From IMG/VR virus record IMGVR_UViG_3300031951_000561: a stretch of 36,924 nucleotides of DNA; one strand, 5' to 3'. The DNA comes from a virus. The notes beneath the pieces are model-generated. The model searched no databases, was not told the DNA's origin, and saw nothing but the letters and a program-made list of their open reading frames with translations. Of the stretch, positions 23,711 through 31,744 are shown in pieces; position 1 is the first letter of the stretch; each line of letters starts with the position of its first letter. Both the position numbers and the translations under genes were made by a program.

Positions 23711-23878
23711 TTATAGCTTAATCAGCTTGTAGGCGGCTGTGTGCTCGCCGTTGAAATTGCAATCAATGCGAATCAGCGTTACCGATTCATTGGCATAAAG
23801 TATCGTATAGCTCGCGCCGAATTCAATCAGCGGCGGGTTTTCATGCTTGATGGGTAGTTTGACAACCTTTTCGGTCAT
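23711..23878 (-). CDS. hypothetical protein (55 aa), ORF c of the AT-rich insertion
   Basis: Hand translation MTEKVVKLPIKHENPPLIEFGASYTILYANESVTLIRIDCNFNGEHTAAYKLIKL. Its ATG overlaps the TGA of ORF b. Confidence 0.5.
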   Translation of the reverse strand: MTEKVVKLPIKHENPPLIEFGASYTILYANESVTLIRIDCNFNGEHTAAYKLIKL

Positions 23879-24054
23879 CGTTTGTTCAAAAAATCTTTAA
23901 CTCCACCACCACCGCCAGCAGACACAAAACAATTCTGTAAAAATTCTTTTTGCGAAATAGCCACTTTTTCACCTTTTAGGCTTGTAACCACATAAATGTG
24001 ACCGCGATCAATTAGCTTTTTTGCTTCATCAGAAATTATTATTTTTTTTATGGT
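23875..24054 (-). CDS. start-less 59-codon ORF b, in frame with and directly after the TGA of ORF a
   Basis: TIKKIIISDEAKKLIDRGHIYVVTSLKGEKVAISQKEFLQNCFVSAGGGGGVKDFLNKR. There is no ATG/GTG/TTG before codon 22. Its 3' end is ATGA-coupled to ORF c. Confidence 0.35.
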   Translation of the reverse strand, partial: TIKKIIISDEAKKLIDRGHIYVVTSLKGEKVAISQKEFLQNCFVSAGGGGGVKDFLNKR

Positions 24055-24234
24055 TCAATCAATCACTAATGGCTTAACAAATTGGATGGTAGTCTTTGAT
24101 TTTTTTGTTTGAACATCGTAGCTGGTTATTACAATTTTACCGCCGCATTTATTAAATCTTTCAAGCTCTGAAGATCTTTCTGGCGATAAATAGTCTTCGG
24201 CTGTCATAAATATTTTTTTTTCGTCTTTTGTCAT
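24055..24234 (-). CDS. hypothetical protein (59 aa), ORF a of the AT-rich insertion
   Basis: MTKDEKKIFMTAEDYLSPERSSELERFNKCGGKIVITSYDVQTKKSKTTIQFVKPLVID. Contains an A9 run in codons 5-8. Confidence 0.45.
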   Translation of the reverse strand: MTKDEKKIFMTAEDYLSPERSSELERFNKCGGKIVITSYDVQTKKSKTTIQFVKPLVID

Positions 24235-24253
24235 GCTTTAACCCGATGACTCG

Positions 24254-25543
24254 TCAAGCGTTAGTAGTGCCAACCTCATTCAACTCCACGCTGTCCACTA
24301 GGTCAAGCGGAATCTTACCCGCATCAATCAGCACCGAGTCGCCGCCATCAACGTCATCCATGCCCATTACGGCGCGTTTCTCGTTGGTGGTCATGAATGT
24401 TGATTCCCCCACCCTATCGGAAAGCCGTTTGCGCCTTGCCTCAAGCGCGGGGATGCTATCCTCGTCAATGCAAAGATAGAGCGATTCATCGCCAAATTGC
24501 GGTATTAACCAGCGATTCAGCGCGTTGATGATGCTTTTGCCATGCATCAGAACCGTATCGCCCCAGAATGACTCCTGCGCCTGCTCCCAGTTGGCGAATG
24601 TGCTTTCGCCCGGAATGTTAGCAAGCTGCGGCGGAACACCAAAGCAACCGGCAATCCAGCGAGCGTTTACTAAAATGCTTTCTTTGAAATCCATGTCTTT
24701 CATTGACATAGACATTTCTACCCAGTCTAAGCCGCCCTCTAAAATAAGCGGCCTTCCTGCATTGCCTGAGCCGGTGTATTGGCTATCGATTTCTTCCTTC
24801 AAGCGCCGGAATTGCTCATCGGTCAAATCCTGCGGTTGACCGTCTGCGCCAACAACTTTGAGCGCACCGGATGGCCTTCCGCTGTTTTGAAGCAGCGCCT
24901 TGTTGTAATTCTGCCCTTCGTTAAAAATATCAACGCTGTAGGCGGATGGCTGCATCGGCGACATGCCCACCCATGTGCTTTGCGGGTTGAATGTCCTTAA
25001 ATGAAGCACGTTCGATTTACCGGTGAGCTGGTCAACCGGATAGATGATATGGCTTTCCGAGTTCGGCCTGTATTCGTAATGACGCGGAATGTTGCCAGCG
25101 CCCTTCTCCGCCTTAACATCAGGCGTGTGAAGTATGTTCAGTTCCGTAGGCGGCTGGCGCTTCTTATACGCATCCGATAGGCCATTTCGCACAATGTACG
25201 AATTGCCAGCGATTAGCTTCCAGCTGGTAATGGACTCGACAAATTCTTGCCATGACATGCGCGGATTTGGTGTCCACAGCAAATCAAGAATCGGATGGTC
25301 TTTGATCTGCTCGACTTCATCGCCATTTTGCTGCATTAGCTTAATATCAAGACTCGATACCGATGAGGCGATTTTATTAATGCAGGTAAAGGCTACAGCG
25401 TTAGCACAATAACCCTCAGCCGCGTATGCCCTTGCGTCATGCGTAAAGCGCGTTGCGCTGCCGCCAAGCATGAGATAGCTCATGGACTTCTTTTGCGCTG
25501 GCATAACAGGCGCGCGTTGCTTTTTGAACGGCCACAGCTTCAT
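24254..25543 (-). CDS. portal protein, HK97 family (429 aa)
   Basis: Size, position after TerL, and portal-like conserved stretches (...GNSYIVRN..., ...FNEGQNYNKALLQNSGRPSGAL...). Confidence 0.8.
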   Translation of the reverse strand: MKLWPFKKQRAPVMPAQKKSMSYLMLGGSATRFTHDARAYAAEGYCANAVAFTCINKIASSVSSLDIKLMQQNGDEVEQIKDHPILDLLWTPNPRMSWQEFVESITSWKLIAGNSYIVRNGLSDAYKKRQPPTELNILHTPDVKAEKGAGNIPRHYEYRPNSESHIIYPVDQLTGKSNVLHLRTFNPQSTWVGMSPMQPSAYSVDIFNEGQNYNKALLQNSGRPSGALKVVGADGQPQDLTDEQFRRLKEEIDSQYTGSGNAGRPLILEGGLDWVEMSMSMKDMDFKESILVNARWIAGCFGVPPQLANIPGESTFANWEQAQESFWGDTVLMHGKSIINALNRWLIPQFGDESLYLCIDEDSIPALEARRKRLSDRVGESTFMTTNEKRAVMGMDDVDGGDSVLIDAGKIPLDLVDSVELNEVGTTNA

Positions 25544-25546
25544 TCG

Positions 25547-26749
25547 TTATAGTCTCCTGATTCTGAACTCTGCTCGTGGTTGTGAATAAATACTAAGTGC
25601 GAGTGCCAGCGCACAAACGCAGTCATCATGGAGCCCTTGCGGAGCCGAGTATCGCACACCTGTGCGGGTATATTCGTACTCGAAAGACTCTAGCTCGATG
25701 CTTATATGTCCTTTTGGATAGGCTATGCTGCGGCTCTGAATCGCAACGGCCAAGCCTTCCATAATTTGTTGCTTGCTTGCCTGAGTGAATTTAAAACCCT
25801 CAAAGCGCCCAGCAGCGCCTTTTTGCAATGCCTCAACCACCGGATCACCTACACCGGTTGAGTCAATCAGCGCGCGGCCTTTTGTAACAAGCGATTTAAT
25901 TTTGCTGATGGTATCTTCCCAAGGCGACTGCCAGCGCTCGAATCGACACACCGAGCCGTGTTCATCCAGCGCAATAGCGACTGTCCAGTCATAAGATTTG
26001 GCAAGGTCAATGCCCCAGCACACCGGATCACGGCTACTAAGCGGCGCGATACAGTCCTGTATTTGTTTTATGCCGAACGGATTGCCACCATCATCAGATG
26101 GCTTACACAAGTAAAGCTCATTAAATACTTGCTCGGGCAACTGACGCTTCGCATCCTCAACCTCAGCAAGCTTAAGCACCCCGCCATCAACCGCATCGTA
26201 AGCCGTGATGACATGGTAAGCCATATCGGGATCACCGGCCTCAGCCCTACGGCACATCTGATAAAAGAAATTCTTGCGGCCTTTGACGTTACCAATCAGG
26301 CGAACCTTGCCGCGTGTTGCCGTTAGCGTTGAGCGAAGTGCGAACCAGGCATCTTCTTTCCATCGGCTTGCTTCGTCACCTACAGCCGCTTTGACATCCT
26401 CGCCATATAGCGAGTCAGGATTGTCAGCACCCTTGAACCACATGCAAGCGCCATTAGGCAAATCAATACGCAGCTCTTGCTCGTTCGTATTGCAAAGCTT
26501 TGGCGGCATAAACCGCTTTAATCGCCTATAGGCAATCTTGGCTTGCGGGAATATCGGCGCAACCCACCAGTAATTATCACCGGTCTTACCCTGCAACGCC
26601 TGCTCAAATAGCCAGACGATGCAGCCAACCGTCTTTCCAGCTTTAGTTGATGCCTCTACACACCCATATCGCTTATCATGAAAAATGGCCTCAAGCTGCT
26701 TTTTATACAGCCACGGGCGCTTATAGATATAATCAATCTGCTCCGGCAT
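25547..26749 (-). CDS. terminase large subunit (400 aa)
   Basis: Walker A-like STKAGKTVG, Walker B-like AVGDEAS and a C-terminal nuclease-like half. Lies between TerS and portal. Confidence 0.8.
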   Translation of the reverse strand: MPEQIDYIYKRPWLYKKQLEAIFHDKRYGCVEASTKAGKTVGCIVWLFEQALQGKTGDNYWWVAPIFPQAKIAYRRLKRFMPPKLCNTNEQELRIDLPNGACMWFKGADNPDSLYGEDVKAAVGDEASRWKEDAWFALRSTLTATRGKVRLIGNVKGRKNFFYQMCRRAEAGDPDMAYHVITAYDAVDGGVLKLAEVEDAKRQLPEQVFNELYLCKPSDDGGNPFGIKQIQDCIAPLSSRDPVCWGIDLAKSYDWTVAIALDEHGSVCRFERWQSPWEDTISKIKSLVTKGRALIDSTGVGDPVVEALQKGAAGRFEGFKFTQASKQQIMEGLAVAIQSRSIAYPKGHISIELESFEYEYTRTGVRYSAPQGLHDDCVCALALALSIYSQPRAEFRIRRL

Positions 26750-27182
26750 CGGGGCTGCCGAGGTCTAGCTTGATGATTGCCGGTGTAAGTGGATTATCCT
26801 TATCGCCTTTGAGCGTCGTGCTTTCGCCATATTTCTTAGGCTCTCTTTTCCCAGCAAGCCATTTGCGATAACTTGCACGCTCTTTGCTGCGCTGGATGTT
26901 CTCGCCCTTAACGAATGGCTTGCCCTCGTCATCAAAACCTATATCGAGCGAATCATCATCAACGATTTCAAGCCCATCCTCAGCCAGAGAATCGGCTGAC
27001 ATCTGTAATGCGCGCGCGTATTGGTGCACTTGTTCTGGGCTTGCGTGGTTATTTATCCACTTGTATATCGAGCGCCTGTCTTTGCCTAAGCTCTTTGCAG
27101 CCTGCCTTGTTGTCTGCCCATCAATGATGAAATCGCAGAATTCGTCAAACTGCTCTTTGGTTATGTAAGAATGCGATATCAT
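26733..27182 (-). CDS. terminase small subunit (149 aa)
   Basis: N-terminal HTH-like ...GQTTRQAAKSLGKDRRSIYKWI.... C-terminal ...NIQRSKERASYRKWLAGKREPKKYGE..., typical of TerS. Confidence 0.7.
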   Translation of the reverse strand: MISHSYITKEQFDEFCDFIIDGQTTRQAAKSLGKDRRSIYKWINNHASPEQVHQYARALQMSADSLAEDGLEIVDDDSLDIGFDDEGKPFVKGENIQRSKERASYRKWLAGKREPKKYGESTTLKGDKDNPLTPAIIKLDLGSPDAGAD

Positions 27183-27188
27183 GTGGTT

Positions 27189-27218
27189 AAAAAAACCCGC
27201 TCTTTTTATATCGGGTTG
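27189..27218 (-). terminator. weak Rho-independent terminator between the early/replication genes and terS
   Basis: Minus strand reads AACCCG-12 nt-CGGGUU followed by U7. Confidence 0.4.
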
Positions 27219-27260
27219 GCTAAATTTTAGGCGTGCGAAATCGCCATGCTCACGCGTATA

Positions 27261-27764
27261 TTAAACATGATGTTGTCTAATGTCAAGCTCGATTTGATCG
27301 GCGACGGCTTTCTTTGCCAGCGTCATGGCTTCCTGTAGTCTATCAAAGCTCAGTCGGTATGCCTCTACCACCGCTATTCTATCAAGCTCGCCTTTTCGCG
27401 GCGCTTCGTTCATGGCTCTTTCGATAACACCATGATGAATTTTTCCAAGGTAGTTATAGGCGACCTTAAATCCGTAATCCCCGTATGTCTTTTTGAAGCC
27501 GCTTTCTGCTTGCTGAAATATCCCTGCCATCGTTTTCGCATTTAGAAAGCCGTATAAGCTGTTTTTAAGTTCTAGGTAGTCACACCCATCCCAGTATGCT
27601 TTCTCTTCTAAAAACCCCCTTTCTATGAGAATTTGCACTATTCTGTCTTGATAGGTGGGGGCTTTCATTTCAAGACCTCCTTTTTCTGTCGTTTTTACGA
27701 TAATGCCGCGCTGTTCAATCTCCCGTTTACTTAGCACGTCACCACGGATGATTTCATCGGTCAT
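27261..27764 (-). CDS. hypothetical protein (167 aa)
   Basis: ORF track. Last gene before the terminator and terS. Confidence 0.65.
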   Translation of the reverse strand: MTDEIIRGDVLSKREIEQRGIIVKTTEKGGLEMKAPTYQDRIVQILIERGFLEEKAYWDGCDYLELKNSLYGFLNAKTMAGIFQQAESGFKKTYGDYGFKVAYNYLGKIHHGVIERAMNEAPRKGELDRIAVVEAYRLSFDRLQEAMTLAKKAVADQIELDIRQHHV

Positions 27765-27770
27765 AATGCC

Positions 27771-28094
27771 TCATGATTTTTTGCGTTTGCTTTGGTACTC
27801 ATTAACAATCTCGTTAAATCGCTTTTCTACCGCCTCCGGCGTGACACCCACCAAATCGCAAAGCCATGTGTAGCGTTTGTACACAAACCAATCATAGGCC
27901 TCGTTTGCGTAATAGTCGTTTTCTCCCTTTGCATTCTTAACGGCTTTTAATTTCGGCAAATGCCTTTGCTGATAGTCCAAATCCTTAAACGCCTGATCTA
28001 GTATTGCCAGCAGTAAGGCTCGCTCTGGCACTGAGTTTTCACGGCTATAACCGTCCCATGGCTTGCCGTTTTTCATTGCCTTGCTTTTATTCAT
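27771..28094 (-). CDS. hypothetical protein (107 aa)
   Basis: ORF track. Confidence 0.65.
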   Translation of the reverse strand: MNKSKAMKNGKPWDGYSRENSVPERALLLAILDQAFKDLDYQQRHLPKLKAVKNAKGENDYYANEAYDWFVYKRYTWLCDLVGVTPEAVEKRFNEIVNEYQSKRKKS

Positions 28095-28159
28095 ATTTGC
28101 GGTTTAACATAAATAAACGTTAATTTACAGCACTTTATTGTTAATGTCTGTTTACGTTT

Positions 28160-29458
28160 TTATTGAAATGCTGGCGTTTCCTCGAAATACAAGCCTTTTT
28201 CGTTTAGGTGATATGCTGGCGCGTTGTCGGATCCGATATTAGCCCAAGAGGTGTAGCGGGTATCCATCATTTCGAGATACCTTCCTGAGCGCGATGGATC
28301 GTCTTCTGGAGCTTTGAGGTGATAGACCTGATCGAATGCCAGCCTTATACCCTCGCCGCCCCTTGTGTTGCCTTCCTGATTGATTTGGGCAAGCACAAAC
28401 ATCCACACGCGGTTTTTCCTTCCAAAGTCTGCAAGCCACTGTGCCACCTCGTCGTAATGCTCAGAACTTGATTTGCGATTTTCCTTGCCGCCAACTAGCT
28501 GCCAGTAATCTAAAATAATCCCTCGCACCTTTTCTTTTTCAACCGCAATGCGGCAGTATTGCCTGAGCTGCTCAAAAGTTATTCCCGGCGCATTTCGGTA
28601 AAGCGTATAGCCTTGGCTTTCGCGATAGCAAGCGGCTATTTTCTTTTGAAAGTCTTGGCTTTTCCCATAATCGCTGCGGAATGCGGAAGGATAACATTCA
28701 AGCCGCCGAGAGATGACACGCTGGTGAATCTCAGCGGGTGACATCTCGCAGCAAATAAACAAATGCTTGATCTTTTGCTGCGCCAGATTGCCGCTGATCG
28801 TTGATGCAAGCATGGTCTTTCCCATTTTCTTTTTGGCAGCAAAGCCGTAAGACTTGCCGGGAAATAATCCGCCGCCCATTGCACCATCAAGCCTAGCCAA
28901 TCCCGTGCTAAATGGTTTTTCGTCATTGCGTAGGTCGTCATAAATCTGCTGCACCACTTGCCTGTCAGTTTCAAAAACTGTTTGCTCAGACTCGAACTCA
29001 GCGCGCTCGATTGCGCTTTTCAAAGCGGAAAGGCTTTCGTCGATGGCTGATTCGCCTTGACTTAAAACCTGAATCACATCTTTGCATGTTAAAGCAATCT
29101 GGCGCTTTTTTGAAAGTAAAGCAACGCGCTTTGCTGACGCCTTCCAGTCGTTTGTGATCGCCCCAGCCACCGCAGATGTTAGGTGCTTAATGATTCCGCC
29201 AGCGGTCATTTCTTCGATTTTCGCATCTAAGCGCGGCTTAATCGAAAATGGCGTTATTGCTTCGCCGTTTGAGTAAATCGCTTGCATAGCCTCAAAAATC
29301 GCTGAATACGCGGCACTGTAGAAATCGTCAGCCTTCAAAAAATGCAGCTCTGCCATCAGGTCGTTCTTTGCCAATATCGCGCCTATGACGTTAATTTCAG
29401 CCTCCAAGTCAGATGGGTAACTTTCATCGCTTCCAATCATCTCTGCCATGAGTTTCAT
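28160..29458 (-). CDS. dnaB: replicative DNA helicase, DnaB family (432 aa)
   Basis: N-terminal ...DLEAEINVIGAIL... DnaB N-domain motif. Walker A-like AAKKKMGKT in a RecA-like C-domain. ATGA-coupled to the initiator gene. Confidence 0.85.
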   Translation of the reverse strand: MKLMAEMIGSDESYPSDLEAEINVIGAILAKNDLMAELHFLKADDFYSAAYSAIFEAMQAIYSNGEAITPFSIKPRLDAKIEEMTAGGIIKHLTSAVAGAITNDWKASAKRVALLSKKRQIALTCKDVIQVLSQGESAIDESLSALKSAIERAEFESEQTVFETDRQVVQQIYDDLRNDEKPFSTGLARLDGAMGGGLFPGKSYGFAAKKKMGKTMLASTISGNLAQQKIKHLFICCEMSPAEIHQRVISRRLECYPSAFRSDYGKSQDFQKKIAACYRESQGYTLYRNAPGITFEQLRQYCRIAVEKEKVRGIILDYWQLVGGKENRKSSSEHYDEVAQWLADFGRKNRVWMFVLAQINQEGNTRGGEGIRLAFDQVYHLKAPEDDPSRSGRYLEMMDTRYTSWANIGSDNAPAYHLNEKGLYFEETPAFQ

Positions 29459-30147
29459 AGTTGTATCGCCCCCGCCCTGTAGTTTGTATTCGTTGGCACT
29501 TTTGCTGGTGTTTTTTTCTTCGTTTCAAAAAGCCCAGTCCATCCGTTGATGATCGACTGCTGCAAAACCTCTTTCGGGTCATGCCCATCGTTTTTCAGTT
29601 GCTCAAGCCTTTTTATCGATAGTTCGATTGCCCTTTGTGTAGGTTTTTTCTTTCGTGATGCAATCCAATCATTCCAATCATCGATAGGTATCCATGTGGG
29701 GATTATAGGGGTATTATTTTTATATGAAGAAGAAGAAGAAAAAGAAGAAGAAGAGTTGACCTTTGGTTGAACCACCCTTGAACCACCCTTCAAATGTTCT
29801 TGTTTTTCAATGCGCTTGGCGGCGCTTTTCTTTCCTCCATCGCGTGATTTTTCCCTCCATTTCTGCTGTTTTTCGTGCTCTGAAATCAACCTCTCGTGAA
29901 CCAATTTTGTTGCGTCGGTTGGGTGTTGGTTGAAGCATTTGGCAACCACCCTTAAATCATCTTTGTTTTTCAATCGGCTAAGAGACAGTAAAACATCTTC
30001 ATCATTTGGAATGCTGCAATCACCTGAGTTCCAGCAATAGCAAAGAAGCCGTATATACGCACCCTCCTGCTCTGCTGTCATAGTGGCAATTCTGGCGCTG
30101 GATAGCCAGTCGTTTGGGTAAAATTGAAATGCGGGTGATTTTGTCAT
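29455..30147 (-). CDS. replication initiator-like protein, DUF1376 N-domain plus C-terminal DnaB-loading-like domain (230 aa)
   Basis: MTKSPAFQFYPNDWL...EQEGAYIRLLCYCW is the DUF1376 signature. GGAGG SD before ATG 30147. A Ser-rich linker separates the two domains. Confidence 0.65.
   Translation of the reverse strand: MTKSPAFQFYPNDWLSSARIATMTAEQEGAYIRLLCYCWNSGDCSIPNDEDVLLSLSRLKNKDDLRVVAKCFNQHPTDATKLVHERLISEHEKQQKWREKSRDGGKKSAAKRIEKQEHLKGGSRVVQPKVNSSSSFSSSSSYKNNTPIIPTWIPIDDWNDWIASRKKKPTQRAIELSIKRLEQLKNDGHDPKEVLQQSIINGWTGLFETKKKTPAKVPTNTNYRAGAIQL
29726..29755. repeat. 30-nt all-purine (GAA)n-like tract, encoding SSSSFSSSS on the minus strand
   Basis: gaagaagaagaagaaaaagaagaagaagag read directly from the sequence. 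Confidence 0.9.
29769..29790. repeat. tandem 11-bp repeat GAACCACCCTT x2, with a third AACCACCCTT at 29944-29953 (iteron-like)
   Basis: Read directly. Lies in the linker-coding part of the initiator gene, beside the purine tract and an AT-rich patch. Confidence 0.8.
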
Positions 30148-30299
30148 ATTGCCTCCATGTGTAGCATGCACATGATGCAAATAAATTCGTCACGGGAATA
30201 GAAGCCCGATTTATAGCAATCTGTGACCCATTTTTCTAATTGAGAACTGCTAACGATTCCCTTAAAAAAAATAGCAGCGCGGATTTTAGATAAGTTCAT
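30144..30299 (-). CDS. hypothetical mini-protein (51 aa), below the ORF-track cutoff
   Basis: MNLSKIRAAIFFKGIVSSSQLEKWVTDCYKSGFYSRDEFICIMCMLHMEAI. Its TGA overlaps the initiator ATG (ATGA). GGAAAGG lies 9 nt upstream. Confidence 0.45.
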   Translation of the reverse strand: MNLSKIRAAIFFKGIVSSSQLEKWVTDCYKSGFYSRDEFICIMCMLHMEAI

Positions 30300-30302
30300 G
30301 TG

Positions 30303-30357
30303 CTTAGACCTTTCCACTTAGACCGTAAAATGTGGGGGCAGGCTCATCCGGTCTAAG
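30303..30357. repeat. three copies of CTTAGACC (30303-30310 and 30317-30324 direct; 30350-30357 inverted)
   Basis: Read directly. Lies in the leader between the putative promoter and the 51-aa ORF. Confidence 0.85.
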
Positions 30358-30413
30358 GATAAACGAGCCACGGCTTGCAAACCGCTGCCCCCGTCCCGCT
30401 AGGGATTCGCTAT

Positions 30414-30441
30414 ATTATACAGATTTTTCTATTCATCGCAA
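30414..30441 (-). promoter_or_regulatory. sigma70-like promoter: TTGCGA, 16 nt, TATAAT
   Basis: -35 at 30441-30436 and a perfect -10 at 30419-30414, overlapping the 3' end of the RusA gene. Confidence 0.5.
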
Positions 30442-30782
30442 TCCGTAATTTCGATGATCGTTTTTATCTGCTTTCCGCGCTCGATTTTAGGCTGATTCCA
30501 TTCAACCCATTTCGCGCTGTCGTCGATGATATATCCGAGATTTTTTAGCGCATCTAAAACGCTTTTGAAATATGCGTCTGGGTCTGGCAATCTGCCCCTG
30601 CCTGATTTGATTATGTTCAGCTCGACGCGGCGCTTCTTTGTAGCTTTCGTAAGCCCTGATTTGTAGCAATACACGCCTATCATCTGGCGATCGGCTGTCT
30701 TTCTTCTGTTCGCCTTCGCCCAGTGTAACGACCTCCATTTATTGACCGTTAAAGGCGTCCAGTTAGGTATTTCTATTTTCAT
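30429..30782 (-). CDS. rusA: RusA-family Holliday junction resolvase (117 aa)
   Basis: ...RLPDPDAYFKSVLDALKNLGYIIDDS... matches the RusA D.D..K...D.L...G...DD pattern, and size fits. Confidence 0.7.
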   Translation of the reverse strand: MKIEIPNWTPLTVNKWRSLHWAKANRRKTADRQMIGVYCYKSGLTKATKKRRVELNIIKSGRGRLPDPDAYFKSVLDALKNLGYIIDDSAKWVEWNQPKIERGKQIKTIIEITDCDE

Positions 30783-31068
30783 GGTTTAACCATTTTTTGT
30801 AGTATGTATCGGCGAGCTTCAGCCACATCTCCATTGACATAAACCAGTTATGCCCTTTGCGGTGCTGCTCCTCGTGGTGCTTGTAACACAGTGGAACTGC
30901 TTGGAAAAGTGGCTTTGTGGCAATGCCTGATTTATGCCTGACGTGTGCAGCGTGCGACCTTCCTTCTCCGTTAACATATTCAGCAAATTGACCGCATACG
31001 CAGCAAGGAAGTGTTTGCAACCATTTCCTAAAGCGCTTATCAGCTATTTCATCATTTAGAATGGTCAT
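30763..31068 (-). CDS. DUF968-like / HNH-like zinc-binding protein (101 aa)
   Basis: ...LPCCVCGQ...HAAHVRHKSG...KP...AVPLCYKHHEEQHRKG.... Confidence 0.45.
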   Translation of the reverse strand: MTILNDEIADKRFRKWLQTLPCCVCGQFAEYVNGEGRSHAAHVRHKSGIATKPLFQAVPLCYKHHEEQHRKGHNWFMSMEMWLKLADTYYKKWLNHENRNT

Positions 31069-31264
31069 GCAATTTCTTTGCTAGCTTTAGAAAAGCCCCG
31101 GCATACTTCAAAGCATTTGCGGTTTTGCTGCCGAAATCATATCCACTTGTAAAATCGGGAATGTAAGGCGTGCCGTTGCCATCGGTAAGCAATACAAATC
31201 CATTATGCCTATCGTCAGGATATTTCAGGGGCATTGCCACCATCTCGCTAGCCATGCGTACCAT
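31052..31264 (-). CDS. hypothetical protein (70 aa)
   Basis: ORF track. Confidence 0.55.
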   Translation of the reverse strand: MVRMASEMVAMPLKYPDDRHNGFVLLTDGNGTPYIPDFTSGYDFGSKTANALKYAGAFLKLAKKLHDHSK

Positions 31265-31277
31265 ATTGCAAGCGCCA

Positions 31278-31490
31278 TCATATAAATTTTTTCATCGCTT
31301 CATAAGCAAGCGTACGGCGCTGTGCCGCCTCGCGAAACCATTTCCAATTTTTCGGGTCAGTTGCACAAAAACCGCTGACGATCTGCATATGGTTTTCAGC
31401 TTCGGTTACAAGCCTCTGCGCGATTTCCTGCGTGTATGGGATAGGAAGTTGATGAACCTTCACGCGCTTATTCTCCACTGTGGCAGGCAT
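31278..31490 (-). CDS. hypothetical protein (70 aa)
   Basis: ORF track. Confidence 0.55.
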   Translation of the reverse strand: MPATVENKRVKVHQLPIPYTQEIAQRLVTEAENHMQIVSGFCATDPKNWKWFREAAQRRTLAYEAMKKFI

Positions 31491-31744
31491 TCGCTAATCG
31501 GGCGATAGGCGAGTGTGGGCGACATTTTAAGTCGCTTGGTTAGGTCTGTCCCATTTAAGCTCGCGTCTTTACGACCCTTATCCGCGAAATCACCGGGTAC
31601 GCCGGTACGCACACACTCATAATTGGCGGCGGGTGTGGCGACATTGCTTGTCAACGACAACCCCTCATCCTTACGGGTAGAAGCACCCGCCATATGGCGC
31701 TCGTAAACGCGAAAAAATTCTTCTTCATCCTGCAAAAGTGCCAT
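31460..31744 (-). CDS. hypothetical protein (94 aa)
   Basis: ORF track. Second gene of the leftward unit. Confidence 0.55.
   Translation of the reverse strand: MALLQDEEEFFRVYERHMAGASTRKDEGLSLTSNVATPAANYECVRTGVPGDFADKGRKDASLNGTDLTKRLKMSPTLAYRPISECLPQWRISA

Noticed and set aside
28095-28159. Imperfect inverted repeat (AAACGT..ACAG / CTGT..ACGTTT) in the AT-rich gap after dnaB, considered as a terminator.
   Set aside because: The arms are interrupted by asymmetric bulges and no U-tract follows. It may still be a weak regulatory site but cannot be supported.
29726-29755. The (GAA)n-like tract considered as a stand-alone microsatellite or phase-variation switch.
   Set aside because: It is in frame and encodes the Ser-rich inter-domain linker. 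It is more plausibly part of the candidate origin context reported above. No evidence of length variation is available.
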